Sequence record: SRR9188677_231 | Reading direction: 5' to 3' (one strand) | DNA length: 64,000 nucleotides | Shown: positions 22,192 to 33,592 of the stretch, in pieces | How positions within the stretch are numbered: position 1 is the first letter of the stretch | Layout: every line of letters starts with the position of its first letter | Position numbers and translations under genes: made by a program | The notes under the pieces: model-generated | Database searches by the model: none | Told to the model about the DNA's origin: nothing | What the model saw: the letters and a program-made list of their open reading frames with translations, nothing else

Positions 22192-23682
22192 ATGGCAACA
22201 AACCATATCGATGTATTGCTTGTTGGCGGCGGCATTATGAGCGCTACCCTGGCTATTCTTCTGCATCGTCTGGACCCTGCACTACAGATTTGCATGGTGG
22301 AACAGTTGGAAGATGTAGCCCTGGAAAGCTCGGACGCCCTGAACAATGCGGGTACCGGCCATGCCGGATACTGCGAGCTGAATTACACTCCCAAAACCAA
22401 AAATGGTGACATTGAGATTCGCCGCGCGCTTGAAATCAATGCAGCGTTTGAAGTTTCGCTGCAATGCTGGTCAACCCTGGTGAAAGAAGGCGTATTGAAC
22501 GCCGATGATTTTATACAGCGCGTGCCGCACCTCAGCGCAGTATGGGGCGAACAAAGCAGCGCGTTTTTGCGGCAACGTCACGCTCTGCTCAAAGCGCATC
22601 CGCTATTTGCTGAAATGCAATGGAGCAGCCAGGAAAAAAAACTTAATGAATGGATGCCACTGATGATGGCTGGCCGCAGGCAGGCAGATCATATGTCTGC
22701 CACCCATGTCGGACATGGCTCTGATGTCAACTTCGGTGCTTTAACGAGGCAACTGGTCGCGTATTTAAAAACACGCTCTAATTTCACCTTGCTGACTCGA
22801 TCGCGCGTCAGCAAACTGAAGCAGCAGCACCTAAAAGAACAAAGTGCGTGGCAGGTGCACATTCAGCACTTAACTTCAGGCCAAACGCAATCGTATGACG
22901 CCTCGTTTGTTTTCCTGGGTGCCGGCGGCGGCGCATTGCCGCTCTTGCAGCAATCCGGCATCCCTGAAGCGCAGGGTTATGGCGGCTTTCCGGTCAGCGG
23001 ACAATGGCTGATCTGCAATAATCCTGCACTGATCAACAAACACCATGCCAAGGTCTACAGCCAGGCTGCAGTTGGCGCGCCACCGATGTCTGTTCCGCAT
23101 CTGGATACACGCATGATCCATGGAAAACCGGCACTGCTATTTGGCCCTTATGCTGGTTTCACTACCCGCTTCCTCAAGCAAGGCTCACGCTTAGACCTGG
23201 CCAAATCGGTCAAATTCAAGAATATCAAAAGCCTGCTGGGTGTATGCCGGCACAATGTAGACCTGACAAAATACCTGATTAAAGAAGTATTCCAGGGCCA
23301 CGAAAAACGTATGAATGCACTACGCGTATTTTTGCCGGAAGCGAATAGCCATGACTGGAAGCTGGCGCATGCCGGCCAGCGGGTACAGATCATCAAACGC
23401 TGCCATCAACACTGGGGTAAGCTGGAGTTTGGTACTGAAATTGTGGCTTCTGCCGATGGCAGCCTGGCAGCATTGCTAGGCGCATCGCCAGGCGCATCAG
23501 TGAGTGTCAAAGCCATGCTGGATGTACTCGAACGCTGTTTTGGCGACCGTATGCAAACGCCAGCCTGGCAAGACACATTGAAAGCACTGATTCCTTCTTA
23601 CGGAGAATCGCTGATTGAGGATGCAAACCTGCTTGGCCGTGTTCGGCGAGATACATTGAGCACATTAAAGCTTGCGCCATAG
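22192..23682 (+). CDS. mqo: Malate:quinone oxidoreductase
   Basis: GGGIMSATL, NNAGTGHA, MSVPHLDTR and LLGASPGAS motifs. Confidence 0.95.
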   Translation: MATNHIDVLLVGGGIMSATLAILLHRLDPALQICMVEQLEDVALESSDALNNAGTGHAGYCELNYTPKTKNGDIEIRRALEINAAFEVSLQCWSTLVKEGVLNADDFIQRVPHLSAVWGEQSSAFLRQRHALLKAHPLFAEMQWSSQEKKLNEWMPLMMAGRRQADHMSATHVGHGSDVNFGALTRQLVAYLKTRSNFTLLTRSRVSKLKQQHLKEQSAWQVHIQHLTSGQTQSYDASFVFLGAGGGALPLLQQSGIPEAQGYGGFPVSGQWLICNNPALINKHHAKVYSQAAVGAPPMSVPHLDTRMIHGKPALLFGPYAGFTTRFLKQGSRLDLAKSVKFKNIKSLLGVCRHNVDLTKYLIKEVFQGHEKRMNALRVFLPEANSHDWKLAHAGQRVQIIKRCHQHWGKLEFGTEIVASADGSLAALLGASPGASVSVKAMLDVLERCFGDRMQTPAWQDTLKALIPSYGESLIEDANLLGRVRRDTLSTLKLAP

Positions 23683-23796
23683 GCTGTTGATTTTTCAAAC
23701 AAAACTCACTTATTTGAAGTTATGAGCTGCTTACGGATGATAAGAAAAATTGAATTTCATAGCCGATATTATGGTCCAGCCTACAAATACTTAAAA

Positions 23797-25590
23797 ATGA
23801 AAGCCCATTTGTTGATGCCTTATTTTTCATTGTCTCATTCAAATTTTCCAGCCTTCAACCTTCCTCTTGGTGCAAAGACCTCTGCGTTATTTGCCAGCCT
23901 GGTGCTAGCTGGCTGCCAGGCAACAGAAGCGCAAAATACGCCTTCACAAACACCAGATTTCGGTGAGAACGTCATTATCATGGATCCTTCCATGCCATCG
24001 AGTGATATCCAGAACAAACTGGATGCCATATTCAAACAGCAGGAAGCTAACCAGTTCGGCCCTGAGCGCTATGCGGTATTGTTCAAGCCTGGCGTTTACC
24101 ATAACAAAGTCAGGTTAGGATTTTATACCCAGCTATTAGGTCTGGGGCAGTTTCCCGATGATGTCATGCTGCAAGGCGGTATCCAGGTGGAAGCCTCCTG
24201 GCATGGTGGTGATGCCACGCAAAACTTCTGGCGCAGTGTAGAAAACCTTTCAGTGACGCCCGATAACGGCACCATGCAATGGGCGGTTTCACAGGCATCC
24301 CCTTTACGCCGCATCCATGTGCGCGGCAATATGTTGCTGGATGACAATGGCGGCTGGTCGAGTGGCGGATTTATGGCAGACAGCCTGGTTGATCAGGAGA
24401 TCAATTCCGGCACCCAGCAACAATGGTTTACCCGCAACTCCACTCTGGGCAGCTGGACTAACCAAAACTGGAACATGGTATTCGTAGGCGTAAAAAATGC
24501 GCCCGAAGCCAACAACTGGCCTACACCGCCCTATACTGTAATTGAGCGCACGCCGCGGGTCAGTGAAAAACCATTTTTAAATATTGATAGCGTGGGCCAT
24601 TACAGTGTCTTTATTCCGGCATTGCGAAAAGACACTCAGGGAGTCAGCTGGCAACATACCCGTGTAGCAGGTGAAAGCCTGCCACTAAACAAGTTTTATA
24701 TTGCCAAAGCCAATAAAGATACTGCCAAAACCATCAATGCCGCATTGGGCACGGGCAAACATTTATTGCTGACACCAGGCACTTACAAACTTGATGCCCC
24801 AATCCAAATCAAAAAACCGAATACAGTAGTGTTGGGATTAGGCATCGCCACCCTGTTGCCTACTGCTGGCAATATCGCAATGACTGTGGCCGATGTGGAT
24901 GGCGTCAAAGTCAGCGGCGTACTATTTGATGCCGGTGAAAAGAATTCTGACATATTGCTACAGTTGGGCGACAAGAAAACGGCTGTCAGTCATGCACAAA
25001 ACCCGAGCACCTTGCATGACGTATTTTTCAGGGTTGGGGGTGCGAGCGTCGGCAATGCCACGCATAGTGTGGTTGTGAACAGCAACCATGTCATAGGCGA
25101 TAACTTATGGGTGTGGCGCGGCGACCACGGCAATGGCATAGGCTGGCAAACCAACAAAACCAAACACGGTATTATCGTGAATGGTGATGACGTCACCATG
25201 TACGGTTTGTTTGTGGAGCACTTCCACAACTATCAAACCCTGTGGAATGGTGAGAATGGCGAAGTCTATTTTTACCAAAGTGAAGCACCTTATGATGTGC
25301 CCAACCAGCAAAGCTGGATGAACGGCAGCACCAACGGTTATGCCTCTTATAAAGTCGCTGACCATGTCAAACACCACAAAGCCATCGGCATGGGGATTTA
25401 CTGCTTCTTTGATGTGAATACCAGCGTCAAACTACATAGTGCGATTGAAGCACCAACCGGCCCGGATATTCACTTTGATCACATAACCAGTGTATCGCTA
25501 GGCGGAACCGGGGAAATCACCCATGTGCTCAATGACCAGGGTGAAAAAGCTTATGACAAAAATTATGTATCCAGGATAGTCAGTCAATAA
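23797..25590 (+). CDS. Lipoprotein, bacterial GH55-like (beta-1,3-glucanase-like) beta-helix protein
   Basis: Lipobox LAGC; PDFGENV, NFWRSVEN, WAVSQA, SGGFMADS, QQQWFTRNS and GLFVEH motifs. Start uncertain (23722, 23797 or 23815). Confidence 0.7.
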   Translation: MKAHLLMPYFSLSHSNFPAFNLPLGAKTSALFASLVLAGCQATEAQNTPSQTPDFGENVIIMDPSMPSSDIQNKLDAIFKQQEANQFGPERYAVLFKPGVYHNKVRLGFYTQLLGLGQFPDDVMLQGGIQVEASWHGGDATQNFWRSVENLSVTPDNGTMQWAVSQASPLRRIHVRGNMLLDDNGGWSSGGFMADSLVDQEINSGTQQQWFTRNSTLGSWTNQNWNMVFVGVKNAPEANNWPTPPYTVIERTPRVSEKPFLNIDSVGHYSVFIPALRKDTQGVSWQHTRVAGESLPLNKFYIAKANKDTAKTINAALGTGKHLLLTPGTYKLDAPIQIKKPNTVVLGLGIATLLPTAGNIAMTVADVDGVKVSGVLFDAGEKNSDILLQLGDKKTAVSHAQNPSTLHDVFFRVGGASVGNATHSVVVNSNHVIGDNLWVWRGDHGNGIGWQTNKTKHGIIVNGDDVTMYGLFVEHFHNYQTLWNGENGEVYFYQSEAPYDVPNQQSWMNGSTNGYASYKVADHVKHHKAIGMGIYCFFDVNTSVKLHSAIEAPTGPDIHFDHITSVSLGGTGEITHVLNDQGEKAYDKNYVSRIVSQ

Positions 25591-25630
25591 GCGCAGACTG
25601 GTCACTTCCCCCCTTTATCTAGAACCCAAA

Positions 25631-25667
25631 CAGTGAGCGGAAAATAATCAATATTTTCCGCTCACTG
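25631..25667. terminator. Hairpin between convergent genes (probably bidirectional terminator)
   Basis: cagtgagcggaaaata / tattttccgctcactg perfect 16-bp arms. Confidence 0.7.
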
Positions 25668-25672
25668 CATTT

Positions 25673-26674
25673 TTAGCGTTTGACTTTGCGATCAAGGAAA
25701 TTGTGCATTAACTTGCCGATTTCCTCGCCATCCTCTTCCAGAGCAAAGTGACCGCTATCGAGCAGGTGCAATTCAGCATGAGGTAGATCACGCAGGTAAG
25801 GCGTTGCCCCGGTAGCCGGAAAGATTTTGTCGTTCTTACCCCAGACTATCAACATAGGTGGTTGATGTTTACGGAAATACGCTTGCCATACCGGGTAAAG
25901 CGGAGGATTCGTCCCGTAGCTGTAGAACATCTCAACTTGAATATCCTTGTTTCCAGGGCGATCAAGGTAGGCCTGGTCTATTACCCAGGTATCAGGGCTC
26001 ACATGCCTAGCCGGGTCACGAAAGCCCTCAGTGTATTGCCATTTGGTAGCGCCAATTTCCAGCAGCGGGCGCAGCTTGGCTGCATTAGCTTCTGTTTTAT
26101 CTTTCCAGTAGGCTTTGATCGGCTCCCAGAACGGATTATCTATCCCCTCTTGATATGCATTACCGTTTTGCACAACGATTGCACTGATTTTTTCCGGGTG
26201 TGCAGCAGCCAGGCGGTAACCGATAGGTGCGCCATAATCCTGTACATAGAGGGTATAGTTGCTTAAACCGATCTTGGTGGTCAATTTGTCTACTACTGCA
26301 GCCAGGTTGTCGAAGCTATAACTAAACTTATCCATGGCTGGCTGATCGCTTTGCCCATAGCCGGGATAATCAGGCGCGATGACGTGATAACGGTCAGCTA
26401 GTTGCGGTATAAGATTGCGGAACATATGTGACGAGGTTGGAAAGCCATGCAGAAGCAGCACTGTAGGCGCATTTTTAGGCCCTGCTTCGCGGTAGAATAC
26501 TTTCACGCCATCGACGAATACCGTGTGATATGAAACAGCCGTTTCATTCTGGATAGCTTGCGTTGATGTTTCTGCCGCCGTTGCCTGATACACCGGCAAA
26601 ACTGATGAAGCCATTAGCGCAGCCAGTAATACTGGAATTTGCACAGCAATTTTAAATTTTGTGTAGTTCATCAT
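25673..26674 (-). CDS. Secreted alpha/beta hydrolase (epoxide hydrolase/dehalogenase clan)
   Basis: Signal peptide, HGFP oxyanion motif, QDYG nucleophile elbow, GHFALE. Confidence 0.85.
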   Translation of the reverse strand: MMNYTKFKIAVQIPVLLAALMASSVLPVYQATAAETSTQAIQNETAVSYHTVFVDGVKVFYREAGPKNAPTVLLLHGFPTSSHMFRNLIPQLADRYHVIAPDYPGYGQSDQPAMDKFSYSFDNLAAVVDKLTTKIGLSNYTLYVQDYGAPIGYRLAAAHPEKISAIVVQNGNAYQEGIDNPFWEPIKAYWKDKTEANAAKLRPLLEIGATKWQYTEGFRDPARHVSPDTWVIDQAYLDRPGNKDIQVEMFYSYGTNPPLYPVWQAYFRKHQPPMLIVWGKNDKIFPATGATPYLRDLPHAELHLLDSGHFALEEDGEEIGKLMHNFLDRKVKR

Positions 26675-26843
26675 TTATCCTTTGTCATTGAGGTCGATAA
26701 CCGAAGAAATTCGGGATGACTCAATGTAACCGGATAAGAATTTAAGAAAAACTAGCGGGAAATCAATACACTGTTTCGCTTAACGTAATAATGAACGACA
26801 GTAAGGCCTGGCCTTTCAATCCGGGCAAGCCTGTTTGCATGAA

Positions 26844-28619
26844 TCAGGCTGTTTGCTGACCATACAAGCGCTGGTAAACACTACCCGCCTGGTTAACCAA
26901 TGTCGCATGCTGGCCTTCTTCAATAATACGGCCAGCATCAAACACCAGTACACGATCAGCTTCTTTCACGGCCGACAAACGATGCGCGATGGTAATCGTG
27001 GTACGGCCACGCAAGAACACATGCATAGCCGCATGTAGCATGGCTTCAGTGTGGGTATCCAGCATAGACGTCGCTTCATCGAGGATAACAACTTGCGGCT
27101 GCTTGAGCATCATGCGTGCAATCGCCAGCCGCTGTCGCTGCCCACCTGACAAGCGCACGCCGCTACGTCCAAGTTGCGAATCCAGCCGCTCTGGCAAATC
27201 ACGGACAAATTGCGCTAACTGGGCTACTTCAAGTACCTGCCATAGCTCATCATCAGAATAAGCTTGTTGCATGGAAAGGTTTTGCCGCACGCTATCATTG
27301 AATAACATGGGATGTTGCAGTACTACACCCACATGCTCACGCACCTGGGCATAGCCTAATTGCTCTATCGATTTTCCATTAAACAAAATCTGTCCATGGT
27401 TAGGCGCATACAAGCCGAGTAGCAATTGCACCAGGGTAGACTTTCCTGCACCGGAAACTCCAACCAGGGCGACCTGCTCCCCCGGCGCAATATCCAGGCT
27501 GACCTGATCAAGTATCGGGTCACCCTCCCCATAGGCGAACGTCACCTGTTTTAGCGTAATGGCGGCGGGCTGTTGGTCAGTGAAACCTTTTACTGCTGCC
27601 GGATAATGCGGCTCTTCATCTGCTTCCAGTACCTGGTTAATCCTGCTCAGAGCCGCTTTGGCTGCATAGTAGGAAAATTGCACATTGAGCAGTTCCTGTA
27701 CCGGCCCCATCATGAACCATAAATAGCCGAACACGGCGATCATTTGGCCGACTGACAAATCAGAAAACACCACCATTAACATGGCGACGGCACGGAAAAT
27801 CTCGAAGCCAAACAGGAATACGCCAAATGACAAGCGGGATAAAGCATCTGATTTCCAGCCGGAAGCGGTAGCAGCTTCCCTGACAGCTTCCGCGGCTTGC
27901 TTGGCTTGTTCGAGGAAGCGTTTATCACTATTGCTGGCGCGAAGCTGCTGCATCACTTCCAGCGTTTCACTGACTGATTGCGACAACACTTCAAACGCAT
28001 TATTTTCGCGCTGTTTCCATAACTTGACCTTTTTACCCAGCACCATGGTCAGCGCAATGACAAAAGGGTTAAGCAGCAGAATAATCAAGGCCAGTTGCCA
28101 GTGCATCCATAGTAAAACCACAGCGACACCAATCACACTCAATACGGCAACCAGCACTTTGGCAATGGTCTCACCGAGGAATTTATCCAGTGTTTCAATA
28201 TCCGTCAGCAGGCGCGCGGTGATTTGCCCTGCCCCCAGGCTTTCATATACCTGCATGCGGATGCGTGACAACTTGTCGAGCAGCGTTTGCCGAACGCCTA
28301 ATGTGACCTGCTTGGATAAACTGACAAAAATGCGGGTGGTAGCCACACCAAGCAATACACTGCCCAGACGCAAGCAAATGGTGAAAATCGTCACGCAAGC
28401 AATGATGGCGATGGGTCCCATCCATGTTGGCGGGAGCCACTGGGAAAGAGTCTGGGTAAGTTTACCGGGTTGATTTAACAGGACTTCATCGACTAGCAGT
28501 GGCATCATCAACGGGATGGGCACCGCGACTGCGGCACCGCAAAATGCCAGCCACTGGCCCAACCACAAACGCCGAGACTGCCGGCGTAACTGCTGCCAAA
28601 GGCCAGTTAAAGTAATCAT
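26844..28619 (-). CDS. ABC exporter, fused permease/ATPase
   Basis: TM domain plus GVSGAGKS, LSGGQRQR and ILDEATS. Confidence 0.92.
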   Translation of the reverse strand: MITLTGLWQQLRRQSRRLWLGQWLAFCGAAVAVPIPLMMPLLVDEVLLNQPGKLTQTLSQWLPPTWMGPIAIIACVTIFTICLRLGSVLLGVATTRIFVSLSKQVTLGVRQTLLDKLSRIRMQVYESLGAGQITARLLTDIETLDKFLGETIAKVLVAVLSVIGVAVVLLWMHWQLALIILLLNPFVIALTMVLGKKVKLWKQRENNAFEVLSQSVSETLEVMQQLRASNSDKRFLEQAKQAAEAVREAATASGWKSDALSRLSFGVFLFGFEIFRAVAMLMVVFSDLSVGQMIAVFGYLWFMMGPVQELLNVQFSYYAAKAALSRINQVLEADEEPHYPAAVKGFTDQQPAAITLKQVTFAYGEGDPILDQVSLDIAPGEQVALVGVSGAGKSTLVQLLLGLYAPNHGQILFNGKSIEQLGYAQVREHVGVVLQHPMLFNDSVRQNLSMQQAYSDDELWQVLEVAQLAQFVRDLPERLDSQLGRSGVRLSGGQRQRLAIARMMLKQPQVVILDEATSMLDTHTEAMLHAAMHVFLRGRTTITIAHRLSAVKEADRVLVFDAGRIIEEGQHATLVNQAGSVYQRLYGQQTA

Positions 28620-28630
28620 GAATCTGAAGC

Positions 28631-29392
28631 TTATTTCTGGGGATTGGCCAACACGCGTTGACGGCGGATTTCATACAAAGCAATGCCACTGGCGACACTG
28701 ACATTCATACTTTGCACTGAGCCAAACATAGGGATAGTAATCAGTGAATCACAGGTTTCTTGGGTCAGGCGACGCAAGCCATCGCCTTCAGCACCCATCA
28801 CCAGGGCAATCGGCCCTTCAAATTTGGTGTTATGCAGTTCACTTGGTGCATCCATAGTGGTGCCGACTACATGCACGCCCGCTTCCTTGAGTTCACGCAT
28901 GGTGCGCGCAAGATTGGTGACTGAAATAAAAGGCACTGTTTCAGCGGCGCCACTGGCGACTTTACGTACCGTGCCATTTAAGCCGACTGAACGGTCTTTA
29001 GGCGCAATAATCGCATGTACGCCCATGGCATCTGCAACACGCAAACAGGCACCCAAGTTATGCGGATCCTGCACACCATCCAGGATTAAAAAGAAAGGTG
29101 GCTCATCCAGGTCTGATTCGAGGATATCGTGGATATCCTTATAAGGCATGGGCGTTTCAATCACCCTGGCGATCACACCCTGGTGGCGGCCATGTGCACC
29201 GATAAATCCGTCCAGGCGGTTACGCTCGGACTGGATCACGCGAATATTCTGTGACTTGGCCATCTCCAGCAGGTCGCGCATACGCGCATCTACCCGGTCT
29301 TGATCAATGATAATTTCCTGAATGCTGCTGCCATGCTGACGCATGCGACTCAACACCGCATGAAAACCAAACAGAATGCGGGCTTCTGACAT
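28631..29392 (-). CDS. rlmB: 23S rRNA (Gm2251) methyltransferase
   Basis: HQGV, DPHNLGACLR, GAEGDG and SMNVSVA motifs; follows rnr. Confidence 0.95.
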   Translation of the reverse strand: MSEARILFGFHAVLSRMRQHGSSIQEIIIDQDRVDARMRDLLEMAKSQNIRVIQSERNRLDGFIGAHGRHQGVIARVIETPMPYKDIHDILESDLDEPPFFLILDGVQDPHNLGACLRVADAMGVHAIIAPKDRSVGLNGTVRKVASGAAETVPFISVTNLARTMRELKEAGVHVVGTTMDAPSELHNTKFEGPIALVMGAEGDGLRRLTQETCDSLITIPMFGSVQSMNVSVASGIALYEIRRQRVLANPQK

Positions 29393-29527
29393 AGTTACTC
29401 CTAATTAATTTAATTCTGATTTCAAACGCCAAGCGCCGCGCAGATTTGCTTCAAGCGCGGGCTGGTTTGAATATTTCGCAAGGTTGCAGGCATAAGCAAC
29501 AATCTTACGAAATGTGCACAGGCGATA

Positions 29528-31990
29528 TTATCGGGCTTTCGCCTTGGGTTTGCCTTTATTTTTTTGCACCGAGCGACGGTTTTTTTCTTTTGCCGTACGT
29601 GGTTTGCCAGCGCCCTCTTTGCCTGAGCTTGCTGATGATGTTGCTGTTCTTGCTTTGGATGACGCTTTATTACCTGTCGCTTTACCCGTTTTACCAGCGT
29701 TATAGGGGCTTGCAGGTCTGGCCCGAGCTTCTGTTACCTGAGATCTTCTTGGGCTGGATGTTCCGGCGTCTGAAACTGTCTCAGTTTCTGCGCCCTCATC
29801 GGAAGCGTCGCCTTTCCCGGCCAGGGTAAAGTCGATGCGGGCGGTTTCAAGGTCCACACGCACGACTTTCACGGTCAGCCGGTCGCCAAGGCGATAACGA
29901 ACACTGGTACGCTCGCCTACCATTTCATGGCGGGCTTTGTCATGGATAAAGTAATCGTTTCCAAGGTCTGTCACATGCAGCAAGCCTTCGACATACACTT
30001 CATCCAGCGCTACAAACAAGCCGAAACTGGTCACGCCAGCCACGGTGCCGGCAAATACTTCGCCGACTTTGTCCTGCATGTAAAAGCATTTCAGCCAGTT
30101 GGTGACATCACGTGTCGCATCATCGGCCCTGCGTTCAGTCATCGAGCAATGGGTACCCAGTTGATGCCAGTCTTTGGCCTGGTAACGTTTACCTTCTACA
30201 ACTGCCTTGATGGCGCGGTGTACCAGTAAATCCGGATAACGACGGATAGGTGAAGTAAAGTGCGTATACGCATCGTAAGCCAGGCCAAAATGGCCGACAT
30301 TATCCGGGCTATAGACGGCCTGTTGCATCGAACGCAGCATCACGGTTTGCAATAATTGCGCATCCGGACGCGATTTAATGCGCTGCATCAGTTTCGCGTA
30401 ATCCTTGGCCTGTGGCTTTTCACCACCGCCTACGCCAAAACCGAACTCGCCCATAAACAGGCGCAGGGCTTCCAGTTTCTCCGGCGTAGGCCCTTCATGG
30501 ATACGATAGAGGCAAGTCTGCTCGTTTTTGAGCAGAAAATCTGCAGCACAGACGTTGGCAGCCAGCATGCATTCTTCAATCAGCTTGTGCGCGTCGTTAC
30601 GTACCACCGGCACAATCTTGTCTATCTTGCCGTTGTCATTGAACACCATCATGGTCTCGGTGGATTCAAACTCGACCGCGCCGCGTTTTTCACGTTGCGT
30701 CAGCATTAACTTGAACACGCCATTAAGATTATTCAAATGCGGCAGCAGCCATTGGTATTCTGCGGTCAGCGCCGGGTCTTCCTCGTGCAGCAACGCAGAT
30801 ACCTTGGTATACGTCATGCGTGCTTTGGACAGCATCACTGAAGGATAGAACTGGTATTGCTTGACTACGCCCTGCCCATCGATCTGCATATCACAGACCA
30901 TACACAAACGCTCAACCTCAGGGTTCAGCGAGCACAAGCCATTCGATAAGGCTTCCGGCAACATCGGAATCACGCGACGTGGAAAGTACACAGAGTTACC
31001 GCGGTCAAACGCCTCTTTATCCAGGGCATCGCCAGGCTGCACGTAAAAACTGACATCAGCAATTGCCACCACCAGTCGCCAGCCTTTGCCTTGCGGCTCG
31101 GCAAATACGGCATCGTCAAAGTCACGCGCAGTTTCACCATCAATGGTAATCAGCGCTAGATCACGTAAATCCTTGCGGCCTTTGTAATCTTTGGGCTGGA
31201 CCGTTCTTGGAAAGTCCTCAGCCTGTTTGATGGCTGCCGGATTGAATTGATGCGGCAAATGGTGCTTGCGTAAGGCAATCTCGATTTCCATACCGCTATC
31301 GGCATAGTTACCCAGAATCTCCACCACTTTGCCCATAGGGCGCGAATGTGAGGAAGGGTATTCAGTCAGTTCAATGGTGACCACCTGCCCCACTTGCGCA
31401 TCCATATCCAGATGGTAAGGAATCAGGATATCCTGACTGATACGCTTGTCTTCTGCAGCCACAATCGTCACACCCTGTGCGCGAATGACGCGACCTACAA
31501 GCGTCTTGTTGGCTCGTTCCAGCACTTCAACCAGCTTGCCCTCCGGGCGGCCTCTTCTATCCAGCCCGGCCAGCCTCACCATGGCGCGGTCACCATGCAT
31601 GACCATGGTCATTTCTTTCGGGCCCAGGAAAATATCTTCAGGATGCTTGGTCTTGTCATCTGGTACTAAAAAACCAAAACCATCGGTATGGCCGAAAATA
31701 GTGCCGGCGATTAAATGTATCTTGTCCGGCAGGCAAAATGCGTTTTTACGATTGCGCATTAACTGACCATCACGCTCCATCGCGCCCAAGCGGCGGTTAA
31801 AGTTATCGCGCTCATCATGGCTGATGTCTAGCAACAGGTATATTTGGTCTGCGCTGAGGGGAACACCCTGATCAGAAAGAAGCTGCAAAACCAGCTCACG
31901 GCTTGGTAACGGTGTTTGATATAACTCGGCTTCGCGTTGCGCCTGCGGGTCATTTGCCCGCAGAGGCGTTTTAGTTTTTCTTGTTGACAA
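29528..31990 (-). CDS. rnr: Ribonuclease R
   Basis: TIDGETARDFDDA, HFTSPIRRYPDL, S1 domain and basic tail. Confidence 0.97.
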   Translation of the reverse strand: MSTRKTKTPLRANDPQAQREAELYQTPLPSRELVLQLLSDQGVPLSADQIYLLLDISHDERDNFNRRLGAMERDGQLMRNRKNAFCLPDKIHLIAGTIFGHTDGFGFLVPDDKTKHPEDIFLGPKEMTMVMHGDRAMVRLAGLDRRGRPEGKLVEVLERANKTLVGRVIRAQGVTIVAAEDKRISQDILIPYHLDMDAQVGQVVTIELTEYPSSHSRPMGKVVEILGNYADSGMEIEIALRKHHLPHQFNPAAIKQAEDFPRTVQPKDYKGRKDLRDLALITIDGETARDFDDAVFAEPQGKGWRLVVAIADVSFYVQPGDALDKEAFDRGNSVYFPRRVIPMLPEALSNGLCSLNPEVERLCMVCDMQIDGQGVVKQYQFYPSVMLSKARMTYTKVSALLHEEDPALTAEYQWLLPHLNNLNGVFKLMLTQREKRGAVEFESTETMMVFNDNGKIDKIVPVVRNDAHKLIEECMLAANVCAADFLLKNEQTCLYRIHEGPTPEKLEALRLFMGEFGFGVGGGEKPQAKDYAKLMQRIKSRPDAQLLQTVMLRSMQQAVYSPDNVGHFGLAYDAYTHFTSPIRRYPDLLVHRAIKAVVEGKRYQAKDWHQLGTHCSMTERRADDATRDVTNWLKCFYMQDKVGEVFAGTVAGVTSFGLFVALDEVYVEGLLHVTDLGNDYFIHDKARHEMVGERTSVRYRLGDRLTVKVVRVDLETARIDFTLAGKGDASDEGAETETVSDAGTSSPRRSQVTEARARPASPYNAGKTGKATGNKASSKARTATSSASSGKEGAGKPRTAKEKNRRSVQKNKGKPKAKAR

Positions 31991-32025
31991 TATTAATTCT
32001 TCCTTTAAAATGCACAGCTTCTTTA

Positions 32026-32110
32026 GCCCAGGTGGCGGAATTGGTAGACGCGCTAGTTTCAGGTATTAGTGTTTAACGACGTGGAGGTTCGAGTCCTCTC
32101 TTGGGCACCA
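32026..32110 (+). tRNA. tRNA-Leu(CAG)
   Basis: gcccagg...ttgggcacca, D-loop ggtaga, anticodon arm ctagt-ttCAGgt-attag, long variable arm, gttcga T-loop, CCA end; 85 nt. Confidence 0.95.
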
Positions 32111-32437
32111 TAAAGAATAAAACAATCCTTTGTTAGTAATAACTTAGGATTTTTTTGTTTTAAGCTACCCAAAAAAACTACCCGCATAAAATTTATTCTG
32201 ACTGTGTTGAGACAACATAAGGTCAGTTTAACACTCTTTCCAATATCTACCGTTTTACTACAGGTAGAAATTCGACAACATCCCTCCTGTTTAGTCATTC
32301 GAAAGTTTTTTTATTTCATTCATATTTTTTGAAATATTTGCTCATCGCGAATTAGTTTTAATTCAATATTCCTACATTAAACCGGCTTTAAAAACGCTAC
32401 AATTCGCTCGAATGATTTCAGTTTTTTACAGCTAAGC

Positions 32438-33592
32438 ATGAGCGATGCAAATTCACGCCGGATTGCGCATATCGATATGGACGCATTTTTTGCTTCCTGC
32501 GAATTATCACAATATCCGGAACTCCGCGGTTTGCCGGTAGTAGTAGGCGGACGCGCTTCTGATACCCCTAAATTGAATGGTGATGGCACGCATATTTTCT
32601 CGCGACTGCGGGATTATGTCGGCCGTGGCGTATTAACCACTGCCACTTATGAAGCGCGCGCACTGGGCTTGCATTCTGCCATGCCTACCATGCGTGCTGC
32701 CAAACTGGCGCCAGATGCGATTATCCTGCCTGTCAATTTTAATTTATATCGTCGCTATTCACGGCTATTTAAAGAAGCTATACAGTCGATCAGCCCCGTC
32801 ATTCAAGATATTGGCATTGATGAAGTCTATGTGGATATCACCATGCTGGATGAGGATTCCCTGACTATCGCAAAAAGGCTAAAGGCGGCCGTATTGGAGG
32901 CCACCAGCCTCACTTGCTCTGTCGGCATTGCGCCCAATAAGTTATTAGCCAAACTTTGTTCCGATATCCAAAAACCGGATGGTATCACCATTATCAGCAT
33001 GGACGATCTGCCTTCCCGTATATGGCCCATGCCGGCACGCAAAATCAATGGCATAGGCCCTAAAGCCAGCGCCAAGCTTGAGTCACTGGGAATCCACACG
33101 ATTGGCGAGATTGCCACACTGCATGAAGCCTGGCTGATCTCACATTTTGGACAAAGTTACGGCAAATGGCTTTATCGCGTCTCTCGCGGGCTGGATGACC
33201 GGCCGGTCGTAACCGAGAGCGAGCCGGTTTCCATGAGCCGCGAAACAACCTTTGAACAAAACCTGCATGCAGTGCGCGACAAGCAAACCTTGAGCGCAAG
33301 CTTTACCCATTTGTGTGAGCGTGTCGCGGATGACCTGCAACGTAAAGGCTATGTCTGCCGCAAGATAGGCCTCAAGCTGCGTTTCGATGATTTTAAAACA
33401 GTCACCCGTGACCTGACACTAGCCAAACCTATTGCAGATGCACAATCGATACGCCGGGCTGCGGGCAAATGTTTAAAGCGCATAGATCTTAATCGCACAA
33501 TACGTCTGCTTGGTGTAAAAGCCAGCGGCCTTGAACGGCCTGGTGTCCAGGCAAGTAAAGCCTCTGAACAATACACGTTTAATTTTGATTGA
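32438..33592 (+). CDS. dinB: DNA polymerase IV
   Basis: HIDMDAFFAS, YEAR, IDEVYVD, KPDG and RLLGV motifs. Confidence 0.93.
   Translation: MSDANSRRIAHIDMDAFFASCELSQYPELRGLPVVVGGRASDTPKLNGDGTHIFSRLRDYVGRGVLTTATYEARALGLHSAMPTMRAAKLAPDAIILPVNFNLYRRYSRLFKEAIQSISPVIQDIGIDEVYVDITMLDEDSLTIAKRLKAAVLEATSLTCSVGIAPNKLLAKLCSDIQKPDGITIISMDDLPSRIWPMPARKINGIGPKASAKLESLGIHTIGEIATLHEAWLISHFGQSYGKWLYRVSRGLDDRPVVTESEPVSMSRETTFEQNLHAVRDKQTLSASFTHLCERVADDLQRKGYVCRKIGLKLRFDDFKTVTRDLTLAKPIADAQSIRRAAGKCLKRIDLNRTIRLLGVKASGLERPGVQASKASEQYTFNFD

Noticed and set aside
29420-29515. Two imperfect hairpins between rnr and rlmB as an ncRNA
   Set aside because: No family recognised and no second copy seen; could be ordinary mRNA structure.
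32026-32110. tRNA-Leu as attachment site of an integrative island
   Set aside because: No integrase in the window, and I found no duplicated tRNA 3' end. It could lie beyond the window.
32110-32437. LexA box upstream of dinB
   Set aside because: No CTGT-N8-ACAG match found by eye.
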